64,000 nt of DNA from an uncultured Christensenella sp. (GCA_905203015.1 CAJKUC010000004.1:8535-72534), one strand, 5' to 3'. Counted from the first letter of the stretch, positions 28,153 to 38,749 are shown. Numbers and translations are program-made. The notes: a model not told the origin generated them from the letters alone.

Positions 28153-29061
28153 TTATTTTGCGGGCAGATCGGGGCGGCGGATGCTTTTTTTGTATTCTCC
28201 CGGCGTCATGCCTGCGTAATGTTTGAATACGTAATTGAAATGCGACAGAGAATCAAAACCCAGCCGTTCCGCAATCTCGCTGAACGAGATTTTTTTTCTG
28301 ATCAGGCGTTTCGCTTCGTCCGTTTTCAGTTTCAGATAGGTCTGATAGATGGTTTTTCCCGTCTGTTTTTTAAAAAACGTGCAAAGATGCGTTTTGCCGT
28401 AATGAATTTCGTCGCATAATTCGTCGAGGGAAAACGCGCCGTACAGATGCGCCGAAAGATAGCGCACGATTTCATCCTGCAAGGCGGAGGAAGAGGCGAT
28501 TTTCGATACGAAAAATTCCTGCGGCGAGGCTTGATTTTCTCCGTGCCGCAAAAGGTAGATCATCAGAAGTTCCAGCGAATTTTTAATCACCTGTTCGCCG
28601 CCGATATTCGGCTTTTCTCTCAGTTCCAGTTTTTTCAGCGCCGGATCGAAATCGGGCAGTACGAACGTTTCGCGCGCTTCGGCAAGCACGTTTTCGAGGA
28701 GATAGGATAAATTCGCGGGTACGGCTACGGTGCGGTCCGCAAAAAAGCGTATGCTTTCCGATCGGCAGGAAAATGAGATGATGAAGATATTCGGTTCGTT
28801 TTCGAGGCACGCCACGTAGTGGGGCAGGTTCGGCGGAATAAAATACGTTTCGCCCTGTTTCAGAAGGTGAAAAACGCCGTCAGTCACCACGTACGTATTG
28901 CCTTTATCCGCATAGATCATTTCCCAGAAATCGTGCTTTTCTTCTTTTGCCGCATAGTTCTTTTCCAGTTCCTGATAGTGGATCGTCACGATTTTCTGCA
29001 CGTTTAAAAGATTATCGATTTTCCGCATATAAAAACGCGTCGCCGCTTTTTTCTTTTCCAT
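28153..29061 (-). CDS. AraC-family transcriptional regulator (cupin N-domain plus C-terminal HTH)
   Basis: C-terminus 'YLSAHLYGAFSLDELCDEIHYGKTHLCTFFKKQTGKTIYQTYLKLKTDEAKRLI...FDSLSHFNYVFKHYAGMTPGEYK' is an AraC HTH. Confidence 0.85.
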   Translation of the reverse strand: MEKKKAATRFYMRKIDNLLNVQKIVTIHYQELEKNYAAKEEKHDFWEMIYADKGNTYVVTDGVFHLLKQGETYFIPPNLPHYVACLENEPNIFIISFSCRSESIRFFADRTVAVPANLSYLLENVLAEARETFVLPDFDPALKKLELREKPNIGGEQVIKNSLELLMIYLLRHGENQASPQEFFVSKIASSSALQDEIVRYLSAHLYGAFSLDELCDEIHYGKTHLCTFFKKQTGKTIYQTYLKLKTDEAKRLIRKKISFSEIAERLGFDSLSHFNYVFKHYAGMTPGEYKKSIRRPDLPAK

Positions 29062-29323
29062 GGTGTTCCTCTCGTTTTCTCTTTTTCCCTTATTTTTCCG
29101 CGATATTCGTTGCGGAGGCGGACGGATTCCGCAGATTTTTTTTCGTTCGTCGCCACCCGTGTATCGCGGACGATCCTTCGTTTTTCGTCGGATGAAAGCC
29201 GAAGACGGCACCTGCCGTTTTTTCTTTCGTCGCGTTTATTATAGCACGTTTTTTCTGCGATGTAAAATATTTCGCAGGGCTGTTTTGTGAAATATTATGT
29301 AAAAAACGGGAAAGATTTTTTAT

Positions 29324-29352
29324 TGCAATCGCGCTTTGATCATAGTATAATA
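29324..29352 (+). promoter_or_regulatory. sigma70 promoter of the nag cluster
   Basis: TTGCAA, 17-nt spacer, TATAAT. Divergent from araC. Confidence 0.55.
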
Positions 29353-29425
29353 TTATCATGGAAAAAAGGTGGGGACGGTCCGCCGTAAAATTTCGGAACG
29401 ACCGCACGAAAGAGGAGAGAAAAAT

Positions 29426-30790
29426 ATGATCACACCCGTACTCGATAAGAATTTTTATCCTATGATCAAGGCGATCGAAGATTTCGACGCCGCCGTGAAA
29501 AAAAGCGGCAAATCGCAGAAAGTGACGATCGTCGTGGAAAGAAACGGCGGCTACAATTACGTATATTCGTACGAAGCGTTTGCCGACGGCGTAAACGACG
29601 CGCTGAATATCCGCATGGCGGATCGGCTTGCGAAAACCATTCTCTGGGTGGTAGGCGGCTATAAAATCGGCGTTGCGGGCAGCCGCAAAATTTACGAAGC
29701 GCTGAAAAACGCGTATACGAAAGACGGCGCGCGCGCGTTCGACGAAGATTTCATGAGCGGCGTTTACGAACGCCCGTTCGAGGTGACGTACCTCGAAGAA
29801 AAAGACGTTCCCGCGCAGAAGAACGCTTCCGTGAAAGTGGGCGGATATCTGAAAGGTTGCCGTATCGGTTTCGACGCGGGCGGCAGCGATCGCAAAGTGA
29901 GCGCGGTGATCGACGGAAACGTGGTGTATTCCGAAGAAGTGGTGTGGAATCCGAAAGTGACGGAAGATCCGCACTATCATTATAACGAAATTTTAACGGC
30001 GATGAAAACGGCGGCTTCCAAAATGCCGCGCGTGGATTCGATCGGCGTTTCTTCCGCGGGTGTTTATGTGGATAACAAGATCATGGTGGCTTCGTTGTTC
30101 ATCAAAGTGGATAAGAAGAAGTACGGCGATTACGTGAAGAACATGTACATAAACGTGGCGAAAGAGATGGGAAACGTACCCATCGAAGTGGCGAACGACG
30201 GCGACGTCACCGCGCTGGCGGGGGCGATCGATCTGAACGACAACGAAGTGCTGGGGATCGCCATGGGCACGAGCGAAGCGGTGGGCTATATCAATAAAGA
30301 CGGCGGAATCAACGGCTGGCTTTCGGAACTGGCTTTCGTGCCCGTGGATTTCAACGAAGGCGCGATGCAGGACGAATGGAGCGGCGATTTCGGCGTGGGC
30401 TGCAAATATTTTTCGCAGGACGCCGTAATCAAACTTGCCGAAGCGGGCGGATATAAATTCGAGGAAGGGCTTACCCCCGCGCAGAAATTGAAGATCGTGC
30501 AGGCGATGATGGAAAAAGACGATCCGCTTGCCCGCAGAATCTATGAAGATATAGGCATTTATCTTGCCTATACGATTCCTTTCTACGCGAAATTCTACGA
30601 GATGAAGCATATACTTCTTCTCGGCAGAGTGATGGGCGGCAAGGGCGGCAATATCGTGCTGGATACCTGCAAAAAAGTGCTTGCGGCGGAATATCCCGAA
30701 TTTGCTTCCTTAGACGTTTCTCTTCCCGACGAAAAGAATCGCAGGGTGGGGCAGAGCATCGCGGCGGCGTCGCTCTATCCCGATCTTTGA
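29426..30790 (+). CDS. ASKHA-superfamily sugar kinase (ROK-like, no Zn Cys motif) with a ~140-aa N-terminal extension; putative N-acetylglucosamine kinase
   Basis: 'RIGFDAGGSDRKVSAVID' phosphate-1 motif and 'LGIAMGTSEAVGYINKDG'. First gene upstream of nagB-nagA. Confidence 0.55.
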   Translation: MITPVLDKNFYPMIKAIEDFDAAVKKSGKSQKVTIVVERNGGYNYVYSYEAFADGVNDALNIRMADRLAKTILWVVGGYKIGVAGSRKIYEALKNAYTKDGARAFDEDFMSGVYERPFEVTYLEEKDVPAQKNASVKVGGYLKGCRIGFDAGGSDRKVSAVIDGNVVYSEEVVWNPKVTEDPHYHYNEILTAMKTAASKMPRVDSIGVSSAGVYVDNKIMVASLFIKVDKKKYGDYVKNMYINVAKEMGNVPIEVANDGDVTALAGAIDLNDNEVLGIAMGTSEAVGYINKDGGINGWLSELAFVPVDFNEGAMQDEWSGDFGVGCKYFSQDAVIKLAEAGGYKFEEGLTPAQKLKIVQAMMEKDDPLARRIYEDIGIYLAYTIPFYAKFYEMKHILLLGRVMGGKGGNIVLDTCKKVLAAEYPEFASLDVSLPDEKNRRVGQSIAAASLYPDL

Positions 30791-30851
30791 TTTTGCTTGC
30801 GTAATATCGCAAAATTATAAATCGCGAAAAAAGAAAAAAGGAGAATATACA

Positions 30852-31574
30852 ATGAAAGTAATTATCACGAAAAATTACGAAGAGATGTCCGATAAAGCGT
30901 TTGAAATCATGGCGGAAGTGGTGAAAAACAAACCCGACGCCGTACTGGGGCTGGCTACGGGTTCCACTCCGATCGGGCTGTATAAAAGAATGATCGCCGA
31001 TCACAACGAAAATGGAACGAGTTATAAAAAGGTACACACCGTGAACCTCGACGAATATGCGGGGCTCGATTATTCCAGCGATCAGAGTTACGTATATTTC
31101 ATGCGCGATAATCTCTTCGATCATATCGACATCGATCTGAAAAACACCAACATCGAAAACGGCAAGGCGGCGGATCGCGCGGCGGAATGCGACAGATACA
31201 ACAAACTGCTCGGAACCATGCAGCAGGATATACAGGTGCTGGGGATCGGCTCGAACGGGCACATCGCATTCAACGAACCGGGCACGCCGTTCGGCTCGGT
31301 GACGCATATCGTCGATCTTACGGAAAGCACGATCAAAGATAATTCGCGTCTTTTCAAGAACATCGACGAAGTGCCCCGTCAGGCGTTTACGATGGGCTTG
31401 AAAAACATTATGAACGCGAAAAAGATTCTGATTCTGGCAAACGGCGCAAACAAAGCGAAAGCGGTGTACGGGCTGGTGAAAGGCGAAGTGACGGAAAACC
31501 TGCCCGCCAGCGTATTGCAGTTGCACCCCGATTGCACGCTTGTGTGCGACGAAGCGGCGGCGGAACTTCTCTGA
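30852..31574 (+). CDS. nagB: glucosamine-6-phosphate deaminase
   Basis: 240 aa, 'LGLATGSTPIGLYKRMI', 'GIGSNGHIAFNEPG'. Confidence 0.9.
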   Translation: MKVIITKNYEEMSDKAFEIMAEVVKNKPDAVLGLATGSTPIGLYKRMIADHNENGTSYKKVHTVNLDEYAGLDYSSDQSYVYFMRDNLFDHIDIDLKNTNIENGKAADRAAECDRYNKLLGTMQQDIQVLGIGSNGHIAFNEPGTPFGSVTHIVDLTESTIKDNSRLFKNIDEVPRQAFTMGLKNIMNAKKILILANGANKAKAVYGLVKGEVTENLPASVLQLHPDCTLVCDEAAAELL

Positions 31575-31610
31575 TATAAAAAGCCCGGAAAGGGCGGGGA
31601 GATACGAAAA

Positions 31611-32759
31611 ATGAAGGCGTTTAAAAACGTTTCCGTATATGTGGAAGGAAAAGGTATCGTAAAAAGCAGCGTTTATTTCGACGAAAAGATCGAAAAAATC
31701 GGCGGCTGCATGAAGGGCGCGGAAGAAATTTCTCTGCCCGAGGGCGCGGTGGTATTGCCCGGATTTATCGACGAACATATTCACGGCGCCGGCGGCAGCG
31801 ACGCGATGGACGGCACGACGAAAGATTTATCGATCATCGCCGAAACCGTGGCGAAAGAGGGCACAACCACCTTCCTCGCCACCACGATGACGCAGAGCAA
31901 AGAGAACATTTTAAAAGCGATGCGCGCGGTGAAAGAATATCGTGAAACGGGCAGCGAAAAGGGCGCGCGTATCGCGGGAATTCATCTCGAAGGTCCGTTT
32001 ATCGCCGCGGCGCATAAAGGCGCGCAGCCCCTCGAATACGTTGCCGCGCCGAACGCGGAAGTTTTCGACGAGTACAACGAAGCGAGCGGGAACTGCATTA
32101 AGATCATCACGCTTGCGCCCGAAGTGGACGGCGCGATCGGTTTTATCCGTCATCTGAAAGAAAAAGGCGTGGTGGTGTCGATCGGGCATACGGGCGCGAA
32201 ATGCACGGAAGTGTTGCAGGCGATGGACGCGGGCGCGACGAATATCACGCACACGTACAACGCGCAGAGCCCTCTGCATCATCGCGAAATCGGCGTGGTG
32301 GGCAGCGCGTTGCTTTTCGACGACTTATACTGCGAACTGATCAGCGATACGATTCACGTCTCCGTACCCGCGATGCAATTGCTCGTGAAGAACAAGAAGG
32401 CGGATAAACTTGCCCTGATCACCGACGCCATGCGCGCCAAAGGGCTTGCCGACGGCATAAGCGAACTGGGCGGGCAGACCGTTATCGTGAAAAACGGCGA
32501 AGCGCGCTTACAGGACGGCACGCTGGCGGGAAGCGTTCTGAAAATGAACGTAGCCGTGAAAAACATGGTGGAAAAAGTGGGTGTTCCGCTTACGCAGGCG
32601 GTGGATTATTGCACGATCAACCCCGCGCGTACGCTGAAAATCGACGGAGAGACGGGCAGCATTGCCACAGGCAAACGCGCCGATTTCGCCGTACTCGGAA
32701 AAAATTACGAAGTGCTGTATACGATCCGCGACGGCAAGATCGTGTATAAAGCGGAATAA
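31611..32759 (+). CDS. nagA: N-acetylglucosamine-6-phosphate deacetylase
   Basis: 382 aa, 'LPGFIDEHIHGAGGSD'. Confidence 0.9.
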   Translation: MKAFKNVSVYVEGKGIVKSSVYFDEKIEKIGGCMKGAEEISLPEGAVVLPGFIDEHIHGAGGSDAMDGTTKDLSIIAETVAKEGTTTFLATTMTQSKENILKAMRAVKEYRETGSEKGARIAGIHLEGPFIAAAHKGAQPLEYVAAPNAEVFDEYNEASGNCIKIITLAPEVDGAIGFIRHLKEKGVVVSIGHTGAKCTEVLQAMDAGATNITHTYNAQSPLHHREIGVVGSALLFDDLYCELISDTIHVSVPAMQLLVKNKKADKLALITDAMRAKGLADGISELGGQTVIVKNGEARLQDGTLAGSVLKMNVAVKNMVEKVGVPLTQAVDYCTINPARTLKIDGETGSIATGKRADFAVLGKNYEVLYTIRDGKIVYKAE

Positions 32760-32859
32760 TTTTTCGGAAAAGCGGAAGATTTCCGGCATACAGACGGAAA
32801 GAGAAGAAGAATGCCCGCGCGCGGCTTGCGCGGCGGGAACATGGGAGGAACAACGGAAA

Positions 32860-33105
32860 ATGGATACGTACACCGCCGTAAAACTGCGGATTTTTGAACT
32901 TTGCGAAGAGAAGAACATGGCAATTTATAAATTGGCGATGGCTTCTTCCGTCGCGCCTTCCACGATCAAGAACATTCTGTACGGAAAGAGCAGAAATCCG
33001 GGGATCGTCACGTTGAAAATGATCTGCGACGGATTCGGCATCACGCTGGACGAATTTTTCGATTCCGATCTGTTCGGCCAAAGCGAAGAGAGAAAACAGG
33101 CATGA
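32860..33105 (+). CDS. XRE-family HTH transcriptional regulator (81 aa)
   Basis: 'LRIFELCEEKNMAIYKLAMASSVAPSTIKNILYGKSRNPGIVTLKMICDGFGITLDEFF' is an HTH_XRE. Confidence 0.75.
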   Translation: MDTYTAVKLRIFELCEEKNMAIYKLAMASSVAPSTIKNILYGKSRNPGIVTLKMICDGFGITLDEFFDSDLFGQSEERKQA

Positions 33106-33254
33106 TTTTCCGCCGCGTTTCTTATCTTCTTTCCGACGGCTTCCGCGCGATATAAGCATAAGATAAAAACACAGAGATATAAAAAATCGGCTTCCGCGAA
33201 AATCGGCAGCCGATATTTTTTATTAGCGAACAGCGAAATCCGGAGAAAATCAAA

Positions 33255-34046
33255 TCAGCTGAAATAAAAACGCGTTGCGGGGGCGTTCTCCGATTTTTTA
33301 TTTTCGGAAATTTCGCTTTCTTCCGCAGATTTTTCCGCGAAGTTTTCGGGCGGCGGACAATCGAGCACGATTTTATCGAATACGGATAAAGCCGCCGTGC
33401 GGAAGGGGGCGGAACACATGAATTTCGTGCCGTCCGCCACGAGAATGTTCGTTCTGCTTCTTGAAAACGCGGCACGTTTTATATCCCGCTGTTCCATCGA
33501 ACGCTCGTAAGTGCCGTCGGCGGAAATCGCCGCGCACGACGTGATGGAAAGATCGAAAGAAAATTCGCGGATCTGCGCGATCGTCCAACTCCCCGAAACC
33601 GACGTCATGTTATACAGCAGATTTCCGCCGAGGAGGATTACTTCCGCGCCTTTTTGTTTGGAAATCGCCGTGGCGGTCTGCAGGCTGTGCGTCACCACGG
33701 TTTTTCCCTTGAAATCCATCCGCCGAGCAAGAGAAAGGGCGGTGGACGAACTGTCGATAAACGCGGCGAGAAAGGGCGGAAGAACGTTCAGCGCGTTTAC
33801 GGCGGCTTTTTCCTTTTCTTTCGCATTTTTTTCCACGCGTACGAACATGGAAATTTCGCCCGCGCCCTCGGGCAGCGTCGCGCCGCCGTGGCTTCGGTCG
33901 ATCAGCCCGAGCCGCTGCATTTCGGCAAGATCCCGCCGCATCGTTGCTTCGCTTACGTAGAAAAGAGAGGAGAGTTGTTTCACCGTGGCGGCGTTGTTTT
34001 CGCGGAGGTATTCGATAATCGCGTTTTGTCGTTCGTTCACAAGCAT
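33255..34046 (-). CDS. DeoR/GlpR-family transcriptional regulator
   Basis: N-terminal HTH 'RQNAIIEYLRENNAATVKQLSSLFYVSEATMRRDL' plus a sugar-binding C-domain. Confidence 0.85.
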   Translation of the reverse strand: MLVNERQNAIIEYLRENNAATVKQLSSLFYVSEATMRRDLAEMQRLGLIDRSHGGATLPEGAGEISMFVRVEKNAKEKEKAAVNALNVLPPFLAAFIDSSSTALSLARRMDFKGKTVVTHSLQTATAISKQKGAEVILLGGNLLYNMTSVSGSWTIAQIREFSFDLSITSCAAISADGTYERSMEQRDIKRAAFSRSRTNILVADGTKFMCSAPFRTAALSVFDKIVLDCPPPENFAEKSAEESEISENKKSENAPATRFYFS

Positions 34047-34278
34047 GTTTTTCGTTGCCTTTTCCGTTTTTGCCCGTTGTAAAACCGGAGATTGTTTATT
34101 TTTTGCGCGTATATGCGCGTTTATGATTGAATTATAGCATATTTTTGCGCGTTTGTCAAACTTTCGATCATATCTGCGCGGGGTATAGACAAAATTCCGG
34201 CGATATGATATAATACAGGCGAAAAAAGAAACGGCGGAGGAAAGAGAAATCCGCTGTGGCGAAAAGGAGAAAATTCGG

Positions 34279-35682
34279 GTGCAAACGTATTATCTGGCGA
34301 TCGATATAGGGGCTTCGTCCGGGCGGCATATTCTGGGCAGATTGGAAGACGGCGTATTGAAGACGGAGGAAATCTATCGTTTTCAGAACGGACCCGTGGA
34401 AAAGGCGGGAACGGCGGGCGCGCTCGGAGCGACGGGCTCGAAGCGGCTTACGTGGGATATAGACAGGCTGTATTCCGAAATTCTGAACGGCCTGAAAAAA
34501 GCGAAAGAAATCGGCAAAATTCCCGCAAGCGTGGGGATCGATACGTGGGGCGTGGATTACGTGCTGCTCGACGGCGACGACAAGATCATCGGCGACGCGT
34601 ATTGTTATCGCGACGGGCGTACGAAAAATACGATTCCTTCCGTGCACAAACGTTTGCCGTTCGCCGCTCTTTATCAGAAAACGGGGATTCAGTTCGCGCA
34701 GTACAATACGGTGTACCAACTGTACGACGACGTGCGCACGGGCAAGGCGGAAAAGGCGGAAACGTATCTCAATCTGCCCGATTATTTCCATTATCGCCTT
34801 ACGGGCGTGAAAAAGCAGGAATACACGATGGCGACGACGAGCGCGATGGTAAACACCGTAACGCACGAATACGACGAGGAAATTTTAGAGAAACTCGGCT
34901 ATAAAAAATCGCTGTTCCTGCCGCTTACGCAGCCCGGATCGTACGTAGGGGAATTTACGGACGAAGTGGAAAAAATCGTGGGTTATAAGGCGCAGGTGAT
35001 TCTGCCCGCCACGCACGATACGGCAAGCGCGGTGCTCGCCGCGCCGCTGAAAGGGCAGACGCCGTACATTTCCAGCGGCACGTGGTCGATCCTCGGCGTG
35101 GAGAGAAACGGAGCGAACGTATCCCCGCTCGCGCTTGAAATGAATTATTCCAACGAGGGCAGCGTAAACGGGCAATTCCGCCTGCAACAGAACATCATGG
35201 GTCTGTGGATCATTCAGCAGATCCGCCACGAACTGGACGATAAGTACGATTTCGCAACGCTCGCTTCGCTGGCGCGGCTGAACCGCACCGACGAACTGAT
35301 CAGCGTGAACGACGAAAAATTCCTCGCGCCTGAAAGCATGATCGACGCGGTGACTTCTTCCGTAGGCAGAACGCTTTCCGTGGGCGGCATGGCGTATTGC
35401 GTTTTCAATTCGCTTGCGCAAAGTTACGCCGCTTCGCTGAAAGGTCTGGAAAAACTGACGGGAGAAACGTTCGATACGCTGAATATCATCGGCGGCGGCA
35501 GCAAGAACGCGCTTCTGAACGAACTTACCAAGACAAGCACGGGCAAGCGCGTCGTTACGGGCCCCACCGAGGGCACGGCGATCGGCAATCTGATCATGCA
35601 GGCGATCGGAAGAAAGGAAATCAAAGACGTAGCCTCGGCGCGTGAAATCATCGCGCGTTCGTTCGACGTAAATGAAGTGTGA
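34279..35682 (+). CDS. rhaB: rhamnulokinase (FGGY family)
   Basis: 'YLAIDIGASSGRHILG', 'WGVDYVLLD'. GTG start after aaggag. Confidence 0.8.
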   Translation: MQTYYLAIDIGASSGRHILGRLEDGVLKTEEIYRFQNGPVEKAGTAGALGATGSKRLTWDIDRLYSEILNGLKKAKEIGKIPASVGIDTWGVDYVLLDGDDKIIGDAYCYRDGRTKNTIPSVHKRLPFAALYQKTGIQFAQYNTVYQLYDDVRTGKAEKAETYLNLPDYFHYRLTGVKKQEYTMATTSAMVNTVTHEYDEEILEKLGYKKSLFLPLTQPGSYVGEFTDEVEKIVGYKAQVILPATHDTASAVLAAPLKGQTPYISSGTWSILGVERNGANVSPLALEMNYSNEGSVNGQFRLQQNIMGLWIIQQIRHELDDKYDFATLASLARLNRTDELISVNDEKFLAPESMIDAVTSSVGRTLSVGGMAYCVFNSLAQSYAASLKGLEKLTGETFDTLNIIGGGSKNALLNELTKTSTGKRVVTGPTEGTAIGNLIMQAIGRKEIKDVASAREIIARSFDVNEV

Positions 35683-35817
35683 CGTAATAAAGACGTAATA
35701 ATAAACGGGACGGCTTGAAACGCTGCGTAAAGATTTTCGGAAAAAACAGTGAAAAAGCGGCGAAATCCGCTTAAAACCGAAAAAAACGGTATATATAAAA
35801 AAGGAGAACGAAAACAT

Positions 35818-36627
35818 ATGAAAAATATTCTCGAAGCGCCTTTCGTGCGCGAAATGAGCAAGACCACGGCAAACATGTATCGCCTCGGCTGGGACGAAAG
35901 AAACGGGGGGAACATCTCGTATCTTCTCGACGAAAAAGAAGTGGGCGAATATCTTGATCTGAATCACGTGATCCGCACGATTCCCACGGGATTCGACGCT
36001 ACGGCGCTGATCGGCAAAATCTTTATCGTTACGGGTACGGGCAAGTATTTCAAGAACGTGGAATTCGATCCGGAAACGAACCTCGGCGTGGTGCGTATCG
36101 GCAAAGACGGCACTACGGCGGAACTGCTCTGGGGCTATAAAGACGGCGGCAAGTTCACTTCCGAATTTCCCGCGCATATGATGAGCCACATTTCCCGCCT
36201 TGCGATCGATCCCGATCACCGTATCGTGATGCATACGCATCCCACGTACACGATAGCGATGAACGCGGTGTGCCCGCTCGACGAAAAAGATTTCACGAAA
36301 CGGCTGTGGAAATCGAATACCGAAGCGATCGTGGTGTTCCCCGACGGCGTGGGCGTGCTTCCCTGCATGGTGTGCGGCACGAACGAAATCGGCGAAGCGA
36401 CGGCTGAAAAAATGAAGAAATTCCGCCTTGTGGTGTGGACGAATCACGGCATTTACGGCACGGGCAAGACGATGGACGAAGCGTTCGGGCTTATCGAGAC
36501 CGTGGAAAAAACGGCGCAGATTTATATGCTTACGCTCGGGCACGTGGTGAACGAAATCCCGGACGAAGTGCTGAAAGGGCTTGCTTCGCTCTGGCATCTC
36601 ACCCCGCTCGAAGGCGTGCTCGATTAA
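35818..36627 (+). CDS. rhaD: rhamnulose-1-phosphate aldolase (class II aldolase)
   Basis: 'YRLGWDERNGGNISYLLD', 'FIVTGTGKYFKNV', 'VMHTHPTYTIAMN' align with E. coli RhaD. Confidence 0.85.
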   Translation: MKNILEAPFVREMSKTTANMYRLGWDERNGGNISYLLDEKEVGEYLDLNHVIRTIPTGFDATALIGKIFIVTGTGKYFKNVEFDPETNLGVVRIGKDGTTAELLWGYKDGGKFTSEFPAHMMSHISRLAIDPDHRIVMHTHPTYTIAMNAVCPLDEKDFTKRLWKSNTEAIVVFPDGVGVLPCMVCGTNEIGEATAEKMKKFRLVVWTNHGIYGTGKTMDEAFGLIETVEKTAQIYMLTLGHVVNEIPDEVLKGLASLWHLTPLEGVLD

Positions 36628-36763
36628 GGGCGGCAAGCGATCGCGGACCGGAAATACAATCGGTCGGGAACAAAAATCAAAAATAACCGCAGAAAAGCCG
36701 CGGAAAAGAAAGAACGCGGCGATGGCGGCGAAATAAAAAATACTATGAAAGGAGAAAAAGAAA

Positions 36764-37909
36764 ATGGCAAGAATCGTACTCAATGAAACGAGTTATCACG
36801 GCGCGGGTTGCATCGCGGAGATCCCCGGGGAAATCGAACGCAGAGGCTTGAAAAAAGCGTTTGTGTGCTCCGACCCCGATCTTGTGAAATTCGGCGTAAC
36901 GAAAAAGGTGACGGACGTTCTCGAAAAGGCGGGAATCGCTTACGAACTGTATTCCAATATCAAACCCAACCCCACGATCGAAAACGTTCAGACGGGCGTG
37001 GCGGCGTATAAGAAGAGCAAGGCGGATTGCATCATCGCGATCGGCGGCGGCTCGTCGATGGACACCGCGAAAGCGATCGGCATTATCATCAACAACCCCG
37101 AATTCGCCGACGTGCGTTCTCTGGAAGGCGTTGCGCCCACCAAGAAACCCGCCGTTCCCACGATCGCCGTTCCCACGACGGCAGGCACGGCTGCGGAAGT
37201 TACCATCAACTACGTAATCACCGACGTGGAAAAGAAGCGTAAATTCGTGTGTGTAGACGTGCACGATATTCCCGTAGTGGCTGTGGTGGATCCCGAAATG
37301 ATGGCTTCTATGCCCAAAGGGCTTACGGCTGCCACCGGTATGGACGCTCTGACGCATGCGATCGAAGGCTATATCACCAAGGGCGCATGGGAAATGACGG
37401 ATATGTTCCATCTGAAAGCGATCGAAATTATTTCCCGCTCGCTCCGCGATGCCGTAGCGAACACCAAGAAAGGCAGAGAGGATATGGCGCTCGGTCAGTA
37501 TGTGGCGGGCATGGGCTTCTCGAACGTAGGGCTCGGCATCGTTCACTCGATGGCGCACGCGCTGGGTGCGGTGTATGATACTCCTCACGGCGTGGCGAAC
37601 GCGATTCTGCTGCCCACCGTTATGGAATACAACGCGGACGCGACGGGTGAAAAATATCGCGAAATCGCTAAGGCGATGGGCGTAAAGGGCACCGAAAACA
37701 TGACTCAGGCGGAATACCGTAAAGCCGCCGTCGACGCCGTTCGTCAACTTTCCAAAGACGTGGGTATCCCTCAGGATCTCAAACAGATCGTGAAGGATAA
37801 AGACGTGGATTTCCTCGCACAGTCCGCTATGGACGACGCGTGCCGTCCCGGCAACCCGAAGGATCCTACGCTGGAAGATATCAAGGCGTTGTATCGTTCC
37901 TTAATGTAA
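36764..37909 (+). CDS. fucO: lactaldehyde reductase / 1,2-propanediol oxidoreductase (iron-containing ADH)
   Basis: 'IAIGGGSSMDTAKAIG'. Downstream of rhaBD. Terminator at 37972-38010. Confidence 0.8.
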   Translation: MARIVLNETSYHGAGCIAEIPGEIERRGLKKAFVCSDPDLVKFGVTKKVTDVLEKAGIAYELYSNIKPNPTIENVQTGVAAYKKSKADCIIAIGGGSSMDTAKAIGIIINNPEFADVRSLEGVAPTKKPAVPTIAVPTTAGTAAEVTINYVITDVEKKRKFVCVDVHDIPVVAVVDPEMMASMPKGLTAATGMDALTHAIEGYITKGAWEMTDMFHLKAIEIISRSLRDAVANTKKGREDMALGQYVAGMGFSNVGLGIVHSMAHALGAVYDTPHGVANAILLPTVMEYNADATGEKYREIAKAMGVKGTENMTQAEYRKAAVDAVRQLSKDVGIPQDLKQIVKDKDVDFLAQSAMDDACRPGNPKDPTLEDIKALYRSLM

Positions 37910-37971
37910 GCGGTAAAAAGCGTATAAACGGCGCAATGCATTGTCGCGTTGCGCGCATAATACAAAAAATA

Positions 37972-38010
37972 CCTCCTTGCGAAGTTTCGCAGGGAGGCGA
38001 TTTTTTTATA
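37972..38010 (+). terminator. rho-independent terminator (bidirectional, between convergent genes)
   Basis: cctccttgcgaa-g-tttcgcagggagg followed by cgattttttt. Confidence 0.75.
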
Positions 38011-38026
38011 AAGCGCAAAAAATCGT

Positions 38027-38749
38027 TTATTTATTCATGCGTTCGTATGCGTCTTTGATACGCAGAAGTTCCTCGTATTCCGCGCGGGAAATCGTTACGG
38101 TTTCTGCCGTTTTGTTTTCCGTCGCTTCCGCGTCGGGGAGGGAAATCGTGTCGGCGGGATCTTTCTTTGCTTTTCCGTTCGATGATTTTGCGATTGCGCC
38201 TACGGCGATTTTCAAGCCGATAAACGCAAGGCACAACACTACGAAGAAAAACACGAACGCCGTGCTGCTCCATAACGCGCCCGCGAGGGAATGTACGGAA
38301 AGCAGCAGAATCAGCGCGATCGCGCCGCCCATTACGCCCGCCGCGATTTTCAGGGCGGAAAGCGATTTTTTCGCACGGTACTGCATATCCGTGATCTGAT
38401 TTACCAGAAGCGATACGATCACAAGATCGAGCGTGCAATAGGATAAGAAACCTTTTTCGTATTTTCCGATAATGAAAAACAAGAGGGCAAACAGTGCGGT
38501 GAGCAGAATCATTGCGCCCGAAACGTACGCAAGCGTTTTATTGTCCTCGTAAATCGATACGGACGTAAGGAGCAGGATTCCCGAAAAGCCGACGATCAGC
38601 AGAATGATCAGAAATCTCCAGATAAAAGCGGAAATGCCTTTATCGAAAACGTTGCCGTCGAAAAATAACTGTGAAGCGATCAGGCAGATAAACCATAAAA
38701 TCGCCGCGCCGATAAACGAAAGGGAAACGATGGTAATTTTTTTCTTCAT
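38027..38749 (-). CDS. hypothetical polytopic membrane protein
   Basis: ~7 hydrophobic helices and a hydrophilic C-terminus. RBS aggagg before ATG 38749. Confidence 0.6.
   Translation of the reverse strand: MKKKITIVSLSFIGAAILWFICLIASQLFFDGNVFDKGISAFIWRFLIILLIVGFSGILLLTSVSIYEDNKTLAYVSGAMILLTALFALLFFIIGKYEKGFLSYCTLDLVIVSLLVNQITDMQYRAKKSLSALKIAAGVMGGAIALILLLSVHSLAGALWSSTAFVFFFVVLCLAFIGLKIAVGAIAKSSNGKAKKDPADTISLPDAEATENKTAETVTISRAEYEELLRIKDAYERMNK

Noticed and set aside
34885-36783. 632-aa minus-strand ORF spanning rhaB-rhaD
   Set aside because: Antisense of two well-supported genes, with no motifs.
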